NCBI GenBank assembly: GCA_963723975.1
Contig: CAVRTI010000002.1
Location: 199,473 to 263,472 of the forward strand
DNA from: an uncultured Actinomycetota bacterium
Lineage (GTDB): Bacteria > Actinomycetota > Actinomycetes > JACCUZ01
Reading direction: 5' to 3'
DNA length: 64,000 bases
Shown: positions 20,716-30,410 of the stretch, piece after piece
Numbering within the stretch: the stretch's first letter is position 1
How the letters are laid out: every line of letters starts with the position of its first letter
Notes under the pieces: generated by a model
The model's database searches: none
What the model saw: the letters and a program-made list of their open reading frames with translations, nothing else
Told to the model about the DNA's origin: nothing
Position numbers and translations under genes: made by a program

Positions 20716-21582
20716 TCAGATGACTGGTGGCCTGCCGGCGCGGGTCAGGCGCCAGACGGTCCGCCAGCGCATCGGTCGGCGCTCTCCGGCTCCCGGGCCC
20801 ATCCCCTCGCGGAACCCGGCGAACCATAGGCGCAGCAGCCGCACCGACCGGAACCTGACGACGCTCAGCAGGGTCCAGGCCGTCACGTAGACGACGGCCA
20901 GCGGCCAGGGCAGGTTCCGCCTCGCCACCCACAGCCGGTTCCGGGCGTTGAGCCGGTAGTAGGTGTCGTGCCGTGTCGGGGAGGTCGCCGGATGGTTCAT
21001 CACGATCTCCGGCGCGTACCACGTGACGTAGCCGGCGTCCCAGATCCGCCAGGCGAGCTCGATGCCCTCGTGCCCGTAGAAGAAGTGCCCGGGCCAGCCG
21101 TCCGCCTGCTCGAACAGGTGCCGGCGCACGACGAAGGTGCCCTCCCAGACCCAGCCCACCGCACCCGGTTGCAGCGGCGCCCGCCCGCCCGGCCGCGGCA
21201 CCCACCGTTTCGGCGACGGCTTCCCCGTCGGGTCGACCGGGCGCGGCTGGACCGCACCCACCCGCTGGTCCGCGACCAGCACCTCGACCAGCCGCGCCAC
21301 CACGTCGGTGGTGGGCAGGTAGGCGTCGTCGTCGTAGAAGAAGAGGTACTCGCCGCGAGCCTCGGCCGCGCCGACGTTGCGACCCTCGGGGATGCCGACG
21401 TTCTCGGGCAGGTGCACCGTGCGCACGCCTTCAGGCAGGTCGACCGGCTCCCAGCCGTTGCCGACCACGACGACGTCGAGGTCGACGCCCTGCTGGGCCA
21501 GCAGCGACGCGAGGGCGCGGGGAAACTCCTGGGGCCGGGTGCCCATGCTGAGCACGACGGCACCGACAGTCGGCAGGGTCAT
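20716..21582 (-). CDS. glycosyltransferase family 2
   Basis: ATGA overlap with the upstream gene. GT2 motifs (VVVGNG, FFYDDDAY). C-terminal hydrophobic segment. Confidence 0.85.
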   Translation of the reverse strand: MTLPTVGAVVLSMGTRPQEFPRALASLLAQQGVDLDVVVVGNGWEPVDLPEGVRTVHLPENVGIPEGRNVGAAEARGEYLFFYDDDAYLPTTDVVARLVEVLVADQRVGAVQPRPVDPTGKPSPKRWVPRPGGRAPLQPGAVGWVWEGTFVVRRHLFEQADGWPGHFFYGHEGIELAWRIWDAGYVTWYAPEIVMNHPATSPTRHDTYYRLNARNRLWVARRNLPWPLAVVYVTAWTLLSVVRFRSVRLLRLWFAGFREGMGPGAGERRPMRWRTVWRLTRAGRPPVI

Positions 21583-22361
21583 CGCAGCCTGCTCGAGGTG
21601 AGGATCGCCGCGAGATGCCCGACGACGGTCAGGCCCGCGGCCGGCACCAGCACCGCGACGAGCAGCCGGGTGGCCTCGAGCCCGCCGCCGGTCGCCGCGT
21701 CGACGACACCGGCGACCAGCGCGAGCAACGTCAGCTCGATGGAGTGGAACGCCCGGTGGAACGGCACGAAACGGGCCAGCGACCGGAGCCGCCGGACGCT
21801 GGAGACCTGCGGAGCGGCCTCCTCGGCGCGGTCCTCCAGCCGGGGCAGCCCGTTGGCCGCCCGCGCGATGTGCACGGCGTCGTTGAGCGACTTGTTCACC
21901 AGGACCAGCACCGCGAGCGCCGCGCCGAGGGTGGTCCACCCGCCCAGCGAGTCGAAACCGCCGTCGGCGCGGACGCCGAGCGCGAGCGGGATGGCGCTCT
22001 CGGCAATGGTGTGGCCCAGCTTGTCGAGGAAGAACCCGGCCGGGGAGAACGTGCTCCGCCAGCGTGCGACCTCGCCGTCGCAGCAGTCCCACAGCATCTG
22101 CAGCTGAGCCAGCAGCGCGGCGAGCACCGCGCCCACCAGACCGGGCAGCAGCAGGGCGGCGCCGGCTGCTGCCCCTGTCACGATCATCAGCACGGTGACG
22201 CCGTTGGCGGTGATCGCCGTGCCGAGCAGGACCCGGGTCAGGTACGGCGAGAGGCGCCGCTGGTAGAGGTCACCCGTCCAGTGCTCGGCATTGCGCCGGC
22301 CGCGCACCGAAGGCGGCTGGGTGACGGCCCTCAGCTCGGCGATCGTCGGGCGGTCAGCCAC
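21579..22361 (-). CDS. CDP-alcohol phosphatidyltransferase family protein
   Basis: Signature DCCDGEVAR within a polytopic protein. GTG 22361 overlaps the upstream gene by 8 nt. Confidence 0.85.
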   Translation of the reverse strand: MADRPTIAELRAVTQPPSVRGRRNAEHWTGDLYQRRLSPYLTRVLLGTAITANGVTVLMIVTGAAAGAALLLPGLVGAVLAALLAQLQMLWDCCDGEVARWRSTFSPAGFFLDKLGHTIAESAIPLALGVRADGGFDSLGGWTTLGAALAVLVLVNKSLNDAVHIARAANGLPRLEDRAEEAAPQVSSVRRLRSLARFVPFHRAFHSIELTLLALVAGVVDAATGGGLEATRLLVAVLVPAAGLTVVGHLAAILTSSRLR

Positions 22362-24144
22362 CTGCTGCTCCTCCGGTCGGGACGTCGGCGCGGGACCGCA
22401 CCTCGCGGAGCACGCGCGCCGGCTCGATCACCAGGTAGAGCATGCCGAGCCATGCCGCGAGCACCCACAGGCCCCCCTCGCCGACGGCGCCGCCGAGCAG
22501 CGACAGCACGGCCACCACGAGCAACCGACCGGGCCAGCCCAGGCCCAGGACCCGGGCCGTCGCGGCGGGCGGTGCCAGCCGGTTCAGCACCCGGTAGAGG
22601 TCGTCGTAGTGGTGCGAGGCGACCACCAGCAGCAGGGCACAGGCCGCGGCGCCCGGCCCGGCGCCGGGCAGCATTGCGGTGAGGCCGAGCACCCCGGCGT
22701 ACTCCCCCGCCCGGACCAGCGCGGGGCGCACCCAGAGGAACCGCTCCCGGCCACCGGGCCGGCCGGCGATCGGCGCCGCGATGCCCTCGGGCAGCAGCGG
22801 ACCTCGATCCAGCTGGGCCCGCACGATCTCGCGCTCCCGGTCGGTCACCGGCTCGGGCGGCCACGACCTGGCTCGAAGCGTGCGCCCGGCCGCGGTGTAG
22901 AGCAGGGACCCGGCGCCGAGCACCAGCAGCGTGCCGAGCGCCCCGACCGGGCGGCCGGCGGCAGCGAGCAGCGAGATCACCAGCCAGCGCTCCGCGATGC
23001 CGAGGTGCAGCACCTTCTTCAGCCAGGTCACCACCGGCCGTCCGGCGCTGCTACGCCTGCTCAGCTCGATCGCGCGGGCCGCCCGCTCGTCACCGACGCC
23101 CCGGCGTCCGGGATCGTCCCCGTCGTCCAAAGGTGCGCGCACCACCTCGGCCTCACGCAGGTCCTTCACCGCGGTGAAGGTGTAGTCGACGCTGTGCCGG
23201 GTCGTCTGCAGCGCGATCATCGCCGCGGCCAGCACCCACCCGGTTCGTCCGGCACCGGCGCCCCAGGCGAGGCCGGCGTAGCAGGCGAACTCCTTGAGCC
23301 GGTCCGTCGAGGCGTCCAGCCAGGCGCCGAGCGGGCTGAACAGCCGGGTGTACCGGGCGACGTCGCCGTCGACGCAGTCGACGACGAGGGACAGCTGCAG
23401 CAGCAGCGCGCCGGCGATGAGAGCCACCGGGCCGCCGACGGCAAACAGCGCGGCCGCGGCCAGTCCGATCACCACCGACGCGGCCGTGACCTGGTTCGGG
23501 CTCAGGCGCAGACGCAGGGCCCAGGGCGTGAGCAGTCGCGACAGCGGACGGCTGAGGAAGGTCGCCACGAAACCGTCGTCGGACTTGCTGGCCCGGGCCA
23601 ACCGGACCGCGTGCACCGCCCGGTCGTCCATCCCGTCCAGGTCGGCCTGCACAGGTGCGTCAGCGCCCGCCGGACCGCGCCACCACGGCCAGGGGTCGAG
23701 CGGCACCGTGCCGACCCGGACGCCGGTGCGGACCAGGCCGAGGACGAGGTACTCCAACGGGTCGCCGGTCCAACCGTCCCGGAGGGCCAACCCGGCGAGG
23801 TCACCGGCGATCCCGGCAGCCGAGACCCGGTCCTCGTCGGCAAGTCGCAGGGCACCCGCGAAGGCGGTGTCGGCGTCGGCCACCCGGTGCGCCGGGGTCC
23901 CGGCCGCGACCACGCTGCCGGCCCTCACCCGCAGGCCGCGGACGACCACCGCGTCGCGGCTGACGAGCACGGCCGTGCCCGGGCGCGGGTCCTCGGCCAG
24001 GTCAGCCAGCGCCTCCCGGTGCACCGTGAGGTCCGCGGCGACGAGCAGCAGCCCACCGGTGCCTGACCGCACGGCGGCCGCCAGGGCCTCGAGCCCGGCC
24101 GCCAGGTCCGGCGGGGCCGGATCCACGACGACCGGCGCCGTCAC
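22354..24144 (-). CDS. CDP-alcohol phosphatidyltransferase-domain protein with soluble N-terminal domain and long polytopic C-terminal extension
   Basis: GTGA overlap with the exporter ATPase gene. Central signature DCVDGDVAR. N-terminal domain of about 190 aa with no recognisable nucleotide-binding loop. Confidence 0.8.
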   Translation of the reverse strand: MTAPVVVDPAPPDLAAGLEALAAAVRSGTGGLLLVAADLTVHREALADLAEDPRPGTAVLVSRDAVVVRGLRVRAGSVVAAGTPAHRVADADTAFAGALRLADEDRVSAAGIAGDLAGLALRDGWTGDPLEYLVLGLVRTGVRVGTVPLDPWPWWRGPAGADAPVQADLDGMDDRAVHAVRLARASKSDDGFVATFLSRPLSRLLTPWALRLRLSPNQVTAASVVIGLAAAALFAVGGPVALIAGALLLQLSLVVDCVDGDVARYTRLFSPLGAWLDASTDRLKEFACYAGLAWGAGAGRTGWVLAAAMIALQTTRHSVDYTFTAVKDLREAEVVRAPLDDGDDPGRRGVGDERAARAIELSRRSSAGRPVVTWLKKVLHLGIAERWLVISLLAAAGRPVGALGTLLVLGAGSLLYTAAGRTLRARSWPPEPVTDREREIVRAQLDRGPLLPEGIAAPIAGRPGGRERFLWVRPALVRAGEYAGVLGLTAMLPGAGPGAAACALLLVVASHHYDDLYRVLNRLAPPAATARVLGLGWPGRLLVVAVLSLLGGAVGEGGLWVLAAWLGMLYLVIEPARVLREVRSRADVPTGGAAGG

Positions 24145-24911
24145 TGCGGCTTCCGCCGCTCGGCCGTGTCGGCGTCGTACCTCGCGAGCGCGTCCTCCAG
24201 CGGGCCGTCCGTGACCAGCGAGCCACCGCTCAGGTACAGACCACGGGTGCAGAACCGGCGCAGGTCAGCCTCGTTGTGCGACACGAGGAACAGCGTGCGG
24301 CCGCCGGAGAGCATGTCGTTCATCCGCTGGTAGCACTTCTCCCGGAACGCCCGGTCGCCGACCGCCAGAACCTCGTCGACGAGCACGATCGGCTCGTCCA
24401 GGGTGGTGATGACCGAGAACCCGAGTCGTACCTTCATCCCCGACGAGAAGTGCCGGAACGGCGTGTCCAGGAAGTCGCCCACCTCGGCGAAATCCACGAT
24501 CTCGTCGAACCGCTTCGCGATCTCGCGCTTGCCCAGGCCGTGCAGGCCGGCCGTCAGCCAGATGTTGTCGCGCGCGGTGAGGTCACCGACGAAGCCGCCG
24601 GTCACCTCGATCAGCGGAGCGACCCCGCCATGCACCGCGATGCGTCCCTCGTCGGGCAGCAGGACACCGGCGATGAGCTTGAGCAACGTGCTCTTGCCCT
24701 GCCCGTTCCCGCCGACCAGACCGACCGCCTCGCCCTCGTTGATGGCGAACGAGACGTCGCGCAACGCCCAGAACTCGCCCTTGCGCTTGTTCTTGCCCGG
24801 CACCTTCTCGGGTGCCCTGGAGCCTGCCAGCAGGTCACGCAGCCGCTTGTCCCGGCGCCGGTTGCGTGTGAAGGAGATGCCGAGCCCCTCGGCAGCAATG
24901 ACCGCCGACAC
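24141..24911 (-). CDS. ABC exporter ATP-binding protein (TagH/Wzt-like)
   Basis: Walker A GGNGQGKST and Walker B IVLVDEVLAVGD. Start abuts the permease stop. Confidence 0.9.
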   Translation of the reverse strand: MSAVIAAEGLGISFTRNRRRDKRLRDLLAGSRAPEKVPGKNKRKGEFWALRDVSFAINEGEAVGLVGGNGQGKSTLLKLIAGVLLPDEGRIAVHGGVAPLIEVTGGFVGDLTARDNIWLTAGLHGLGKREIAKRFDEIVDFAEVGDFLDTPFRHFSSGMKVRLGFSVITTLDEPIVLVDEVLAVGDRAFREKCYQRMNDMLSGGRTLFLVSHNEADLRRFCTRGLYLSGGSLVTDGPLEDALARYDADTAERRKPQ

Positions 24912-25748
24912 TCAGATCTCCTTGAGGACGGCACCCTCGAGGCGCCGGAACACGACGGCGCCGAGGACGAAGAGAACCACCGCGGCCACCCCGGAGACCG
25001 CGACCGCGCCCCAGCCGGCCCACTGGTCCGGGAAGAAGGCACGGCGGTAGAGGTCGAAGATCCCGGCGAGCGGGTTGAGGACGTACAAGTCGGCCGCGAC
25101 GCCACCGAGCTTGCGCTGCACGTCGTGCACGCCGTAAAGGATCGGCGAGAAGTAGAAGAGCAGTCTCAGGACGATGCGCATCAGCCGCTGGACGTCGCCG
25201 TACAGCACGGCCAGCGGTGCGAGCAGCAGCCCGGCGCCGGTCAGCAGGACCGCCTGGATCAGCATCGCGAGCGGCACGAACACGACATGCCAGGAGACCT
25301 CCGCCTTGGTCAACACGGCGAAGAAGATGAGCACCGGGAGCGCGAAGCCGAACTCCGCGAACTTCGAGCCGACGGTGCGCAGCACCCAGATCTCGCGCGG
25401 CAGGTTTGTCGAGCGCACCAGCTTGGAGTCCTTGGACAGCGCCCGCATCGACGTGCGCAGCACGGCGTTGGTCCACTGCCACGGAAGCATCGCGCAGAGC
25501 AGGAAGACGATGTACGGGTCCGCGCCGAGCTGACGCTCCATCAGCACGGTGAAGACGAACCAGTAGACGCCGGCCATCATCAGCGGGTCGAGGACCGACC
25601 AGACGTAGCCGAGCACCGAGTCGGCGAACTTGACCTTGAGGTCGCGGGTCACCAGCAGGGTCAGGATCCGTCTGCTGCCCCACAGGGTGGCGAGCCTCGC
25701 CGGAACCACCTGACCAGCCACGACGCTCCCACCGGTCTGCACGCTCAC
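24912..25748 (-). CDS. ABC-2 type exporter permease (TagG/Wzm-like)
   Basis: Polytopic ABC-2 permease pattern, immediately upstream of its ATPase gene. Confidence 0.9.
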   Translation of the reverse strand: MSVQTGGSVVAGQVVPARLATLWGSRRILTLLVTRDLKVKFADSVLGYVWSVLDPLMMAGVYWFVFTVLMERQLGADPYIVFLLCAMLPWQWTNAVLRTSMRALSKDSKLVRSTNLPREIWVLRTVGSKFAEFGFALPVLIFFAVLTKAEVSWHVVFVPLAMLIQAVLLTGAGLLLAPLAVLYGDVQRLMRIVLRLLFYFSPILYGVHDVQRKLGGVAADLYVLNPLAGIFDLYRRAFFPDQWAGWGAVAVSGVAAVVLFVLGAVVFRRLEGAVLKEI

Positions 25749-25794
25749 GGACTGCGGAACGCTATCACCGGGGAGGTTGCGCCAGCGGGCGCGG

Positions 25795-26835
25795 TCACCC
25801 GCCGTAGGCCTCGATGTAGGCGTCGACCCGAGCGCGCACGCCCGCCTCGTCCAGGTCGAGATGCTCGAGGATGGTGTACCGGTCGGGCCGGGTGCTCGGT
25901 GCCAGGACGACGGCCTCGGCGAACTGCTCGGTCGACAGCCCCACGTCGGCAGGGACCCGCGGCAGCTGGTGCCGGCGCAGGCACCGGTCGATCTGCTCGG
26001 AGAGCCGCTGGTTGTCCCGGACGTACGCCGAGAAGAGGGCGCCCACCCCGGCCAGCTCGCCGTGGTTGGCGGTGCCCGGGAAGAGCTGGTCGATGGCGTG
26101 CATGATCTCGTGGTCCGCGCCGCTGCTGGGACGGCTGTCGCCCGCTGCGGTCATCGCCATGCCGGAGAGCACGAGGCCCTCCGCCAGCGCGGTGAGGAAG
26201 CCGTCCGACTCGATGCCGTCGGTGCGGTGCAGCACGGCCTCGGCGGCGGTGCGGGCGAACGTCACCGCCAGGCCGTCGACCGGCTCACCGCGCTCTCGGG
26301 ACGCCAGCCGCCAGTCTTCGCACGCGGTGATGTTGCTGACCAGGTCACCCACCCCGGACAGCACCATCTGCGGCGGCGAGGTGCGCACATAGTCGAGGTC
26401 GACCACCACCGCCACCGGTGGGACGACACCGAAGGACCCCTTGCCGCCCTCGTGCAGCAACGAGCTGACCGGTGAGGCGATGCCGTCGTGCGCGAGGTTG
26501 GTGGCGACGGCCACCATCGGCAGCCCGAGCCGCATGGCGGCGTACTTCGCCACGTCGAGCGTCCGGCCGCCGCCGATGCCCACCAGGGCGTCGTAGCTCT
26601 TGCCGCGCAGCTCGCCCTGCAGGTCGCCGGCCGCCTCCAGGCTGCCGCCGCGCACGGTGAAGATGTCGGCGTTGGCCAACGACGGCCGGATCGCCTCGAC
26701 GACGCTCTCGCCCTGACCCGGGCCGACGGCGACCGCGACGTGGCCGTCGGCGGAGATCCGGCGGTCGGAGAGCAGGTCGCCGAGCCCTGTCACCGCGCCC
26801 GCCCGGATGTCGATGAACAGCGGGCTGAGCAGCAT
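25795..26835 (-). CDS. iron-containing alcohol dehydrogenase family, sn-glycerol-1-phosphate dehydrogenase-like
   Basis: Motifs GIGGGRTLDVAKYAA and VAVATNLAHDGIASPVSS, typical of G1PDH (AraM/EgsA-type) enzymes. Start trimmed to ATG 26835. Confidence 0.8.
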   Translation of the reverse strand: MLLSPLFIDIRAGAVTGLGDLLSDRRISADGHVAVAVGPGQGESVVEAIRPSLANADIFTVRGGSLEAAGDLQGELRGKSYDALVGIGGGRTLDVAKYAAMRLGLPMVAVATNLAHDGIASPVSSLLHEGGKGSFGVVPPVAVVVDLDYVRTSPPQMVLSGVGDLVSNITACEDWRLASRERGEPVDGLAVTFARTAAEAVLHRTDGIESDGFLTALAEGLVLSGMAMTAAGDSRPSSGADHEIMHAIDQLFPGTANHGELAGVGALFSAYVRDNQRLSEQIDRCLRRHQLPRVPADVGLSTEQFAEAVVLAPSTRPDRYTILEHLDLDEAGVRARVDAYIEAYGG

Positions 26836-26840
26836 CCGGG

Positions 26841-27584
26841 CTAGTAGTGGCACGCGATCTCCCGAGCCTTGACGAGGTCGTCGTGGTTGTCGACCTCGAC
26901 CCACGGCAGCGTCCCGATCGGCGCGACCCCCACCTCGCCGCCGGTGTCCACCAGCGTCTGGTAGCCGTCCTCGTAGTAGAGGTCGGGGTCGCGCTGCCAG
27001 GTGGCCTCGAGGGCGTCGGCCAGCGCACCGGCAGCACGGGCCTCGATCAAGGTCGCGCCGATGTACTCCCCCGCTGCCTCGGCGGGCTTCATCAGCTTGG
27101 TGATCCGGCTCATCCGGCCGGCGCTGTCGAGGACGACCTTCATCTCCTCCTCGGCCAGCGCCTTCTGGTCGTCGAGCGCGAGCAGGATGCTTGCGGCGCC
27201 GTCCTGCTCGCGGGCGGCCAGCAGGGTGCGCTCGACGTCGACCGGGTGCACCGTGTCTCCGTTGACGAGCAGGGCACCCTCGGCGAAGTGGTCACGCGCG
27301 AGCCACAGCGAGTAGCAGTTGTTCCACTCCTCGGCCTTGTCGTTGTGCACCAGGGTGAGACGGACGCCGTGCCGTGCCTCGAGGGCGGCCTGGCGCTCCT
27401 CGACGGCCTCGGCGCGGTAGCCCACCACCACCGCGACGTCCGCCAGCCCGACGGCAGCGAGGTTGCGCAGTGCGATGTCGAGGATCGTGGTCTCGCCGTC
27501 GACCGGCACCAACGCCTTCGGCAGGGTGTCTGTGTACGGCCGCAGTCGACGGCCGGCTCCTGCGGCCAGCACCATGCCAATCAT
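26841..27584 (-). CDS. nucleotidyltransferase (cytidylyltransferase / LicC-like)
   Basis: ATG 27584 with a GGGAG RBS. N-terminal motif MVLAAGAGRRLRPYTDTLPKALVPV. Confidence 0.85.
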   Translation of the reverse strand: MIGMVLAAGAGRRLRPYTDTLPKALVPVDGETTILDIALRNLAAVGLADVAVVVGYRAEAVEERQAALEARHGVRLTLVHNDKAEEWNNCYSLWLARDHFAEGALLVNGDTVHPVDVERTLLAAREQDGAASILLALDDQKALAEEEMKVVLDSAGRMSRITKLMKPAEAAGEYIGATLIEARAAGALADALEATWQRDPDLYYEDGYQTLVDTGGEVGVAPIGTLPWVEVDNHDDLVKAREIACHY

Positions 27585-27627
27585 CTGAGGTGGGCTCCCT
27601 TGGTCGACGTCCACGCAACGATGGACG

Positions 27628-28668
27628 CTACCGTCCCGGGCTGCGCAGCCTCCGCGGGCTGGTGAGGAACCCGACTCCCCACGCTCCGTGCATGGTGGCC
27701 AGGACGACGGGCAGCCAGGCCCGTGACCGGAGCGGCAGACCGCGCCCGACGACCGCCGTACCGACGACGACACCGGCGGCATACCCCACCGGCGCGAGCA
27801 GCGCCGGGCGCCACGCGGTCACCCCGAGGACGGTGCCCGCCGTGACGGCCAGCACCGCAGCCGGTGGAGCGAGGTAGCGCAGGCTGGCGGTCCCCTCGTG
27901 CTCGCGCATGACGACTCGCCGCCACCGGCCGTAGTCGCGGTACTGCCGGGCCAGCGCGCGCAGGTCGGAGCGCGGCCGGTACGTCACCGTCAGGCGGGGC
28001 GTGAACCAGACGACCCCGCCGCTCTCCAGGATCCGGTGGTTGAGCTCCCAGTCCTGGGCCCGCAGGAACGTCTCGTCGTAGCCCCCGAGCCGCTCGAGGA
28101 CCTCGCGGCGGAAGGTGCCGAGGTACACGGTCAGCGCCGGGCCCTCCTCGCCGCCGACATGGAAGCTGGCCTGCCCGACCCCGATCGAGCTGGTCATCGC
28201 GGCCGCGACGGCACGCTGGAAGTCGGTGACGCCTTCGGCCGACATCACCCCGCCGACGTTGTCCGCACCGGTGCGCTGCAGCGTCTCGACCGCGATCCGC
28301 AGGTAGTCGTCGGGGACGAGTGCGTGCCCGTCCAACCGGACGACGATGTCGTACCGTGCGGCGGCCAGCGCCCGGTTCAGGCCGGCACCGGTGGCGCCGG
28401 TCGGGTTCGGGACCAGCCGCACCCGAGCGTCGGAGGCAGCAAGCTCGGCGGCGATCTCGTCGGTGCGGTCCCGGGACGGACCCAGGGCCAGCACGACCTC
28501 GACCGGGCCGGCGTAGTCCTGGCCGAGCACGGTCGACACGGCGGCCCGCAGGTGGTGCTCCTCGTCGAGCACCGGGACGACGACCGAGACGCCGGGCCAC
28601 CCCTCGACGTCGGCGGCGGGCCCCGCGGAGCGGTCGGGGACGGGATCGGGAGCAGCCATGGCGCCCAC
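27628..28668 (-). CDS. glycosyltransferase family 2
   Basis: VSVVVPVLDEEHHL and RLDGH motifs. C-terminal TM segments. Confidence 0.85.
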   Translation of the reverse strand: MGAMAAPDPVPDRSAGPAADVEGWPGVSVVVPVLDEEHHLRAAVSTVLGQDYAGPVEVVLALGPSRDRTDEIAAELAASDARVRLVPNPTGATGAGLNRALAAARYDIVVRLDGHALVPDDYLRIAVETLQRTGADNVGGVMSAEGVTDFQRAVAAAMTSSIGVGQASFHVGGEEGPALTVYLGTFRREVLERLGGYDETFLRAQDWELNHRILESGGVVWFTPRLTVTYRPRSDLRALARQYRDYGRWRRVVMREHEGTASLRYLAPPAAVLAVTAGTVLGVTAWRPALLAPVGYAAGVVVGTAVVGRGLPLRSRAWLPVVLATMHGAWGVGFLTSPRRLRSPGR

Positions 28669-28755
28669 ACGCTACCGGCGTGCCTGACCGGCGTACGGCG
28701 ACAGCGCACCTAGCATCGCCAGCGACGGTCACTCCTGCGCCGGAAGGTCTCCCGC

Positions 28756-30270
28756 ATGCCCTCGCCGTCCGGCGTCCACCCTCCGCTGCCGCCGCAGCTC
28801 GACCCGCGCGGCCGCGCGAGCAGGGCACGTCCGGGTCCGCGGACGGGGCGTCGACCACCGACCCGGATCAGCCGCATCATCCGCCGCCTGCTGGTCGTCG
28901 CCGCAGCCGCCGCCGCGGTGGCCGTCCTGGTGGTCAGCGCGTCGGGGTACACCCTGCTCACCTGGTCGAGCAGGTCCATCGAGCGGGTCGACGCCTTCGC
29001 CGGCGTCACCGACCGCCCACCTGGCAGCGCAGCCGGCTCGACCACCTTCCTGCTGGTCGGCTCGGACGGCCGCACCGGCATGAGCAGCGCCGACATGAAG
29101 CGCCTGCACGTCGGCAACGCCGACACCGCCGCCGGGCGCCGGGCCGACACGATGCTGATGGTGCACGTCTCGGCCAGGCACGGCACCGTCGACGCCGTCA
29201 GCCTCCCCCGCGACTCCTACGTCACGATCCCCGCGCACGTGTCGTCCGACGGCGACCGGGTGCGCGAGCGGCGCAACAAGCTCAACGCGGCATACGCCTT
29301 CGGCGGGCCGGCCCTCACGGTCGCCACCGTGGAGCGCAGCACCGGCGTCCGCATCGACCACTACCTCGAGGTCGACTTCCTCGGCTTCGTCCGGCTGGTC
29401 GACGCCGTGGGCGGTGTCGACGTGTGCAGCCCGGTCCGGCTGCGGGACCGCAAGGCGGGCCTGCGGCTGCCGGCCGGCGTCACCCACGCCGACGGTGAGA
29501 CCGGCCTCGCCTACGTCCGGGCCCGCAGCCTCGACGCCCGCGCCGACCTGGGTCGGGTCGAACGCCAGCAACGCTTCCTGGCCGCGATGGTCGACCGGGT
29601 CACCAGCCGTGACGTCCTGCTCGACCCGCGGTCCCTGGTGCGCTTCCTGGACGCCGCGCTGGCCGCCGTCCGGGCCGACCCGGGGCTCACGGAGGACGAG
29701 CTGGTCCGGCTGGGCACCCGGCTGCGTCACGTCTCCGGCAGCGACATCCGGTTCCGCACCGTGCCGGTGGCCGACCCGTCGCACCGCACGGCGTCGGCCG
29801 GCTCGGTCGCCCTGTGGGACGAGGAGGCAGCCGCGCAGGTCTTCACCGCGATGCGCGAGGACACCGCACGTCCGGATCGCCGCGGCGGCGGGGCCGCTGC
29901 AGGACGTCCGACCGTGCTGCCGGCCCAGGTGCGCGTGCAGGTCTACAACGGCGCGGGTACGCCCGGGCTCGGCTCGCTGGCGACCGCCGACCTGGCGGCG
30001 CGCGGCTTCGTGACCGCGGGCCCGGCCCAGAACTGGAGCCGCACGGGGGTCGAGCGAACGACTGTGCGGTTCGACACCCGCTACACCGAGAGCATCAAGA
30101 CGGTCGCTGCGGCGCTGCCGGGTGCCCGGGTGCAGGCGGTCGCGGGACTGGGCCGCACGATGCAGGTGGTGGTCGGTTCGTCGTACGACGGGGCGCGGGC
30201 CGTGCGGGTCTCGGGGCCGTCACCCGCCGACAAGGGCGTCCGCACCGCGAGTGATCACGTCTGCAGCTGA
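28756..30270 (+). CDS. LCP family (LytR-CpsA-Psr) glycopolymer ligase with LytR_C-like domain
   Basis: TM anchor followed by the LCP core (FLLVGSDGR, RADTMLMVHV, LPRDSYV, NKLNAAYAFGG, GLAYVRAR). Confidence 0.9.
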   Translation: MPSPSGVHPPLPPQLDPRGRASRARPGPRTGRRPPTRISRIIRRLLVVAAAAAAVAVLVVSASGYTLLTWSSRSIERVDAFAGVTDRPPGSAAGSTTFLLVGSDGRTGMSSADMKRLHVGNADTAAGRRADTMLMVHVSARHGTVDAVSLPRDSYVTIPAHVSSDGDRVRERRNKLNAAYAFGGPALTVATVERSTGVRIDHYLEVDFLGFVRLVDAVGGVDVCSPVRLRDRKAGLRLPAGVTHADGETGLAYVRARSLDARADLGRVERQQRFLAAMVDRVTSRDVLLDPRSLVRFLDAALAAVRADPGLTEDELVRLGTRLRHVSGSDIRFRTVPVADPSHRTASAGSVALWDEEAAAQVFTAMREDTARPDRRGGGAAAGRPTVLPAQVRVQVYNGAGTPGLGSLATADLAARGFVTAGPAQNWSRTGVERTTVRFDTRYTESIKTVAAALPGARVQAVAGLGRTMQVVVGSSYDGARAVRVSGPSPADKGVRTASDHVCS

Positions 30271-30410
30271 CGTTTTCCTCGGTGCGGTCCGGGCAAGCCC
30301 CCCGGCGAGACATCGACCGGGTGGCACCCAGCGTGCCGCCGCCGCGTCGGTCGGGGGACCTGCCTCCGGCGCGACCAGAGTGCACGCGCAGCGTGCGGGA
30401 GGTACGGCTC

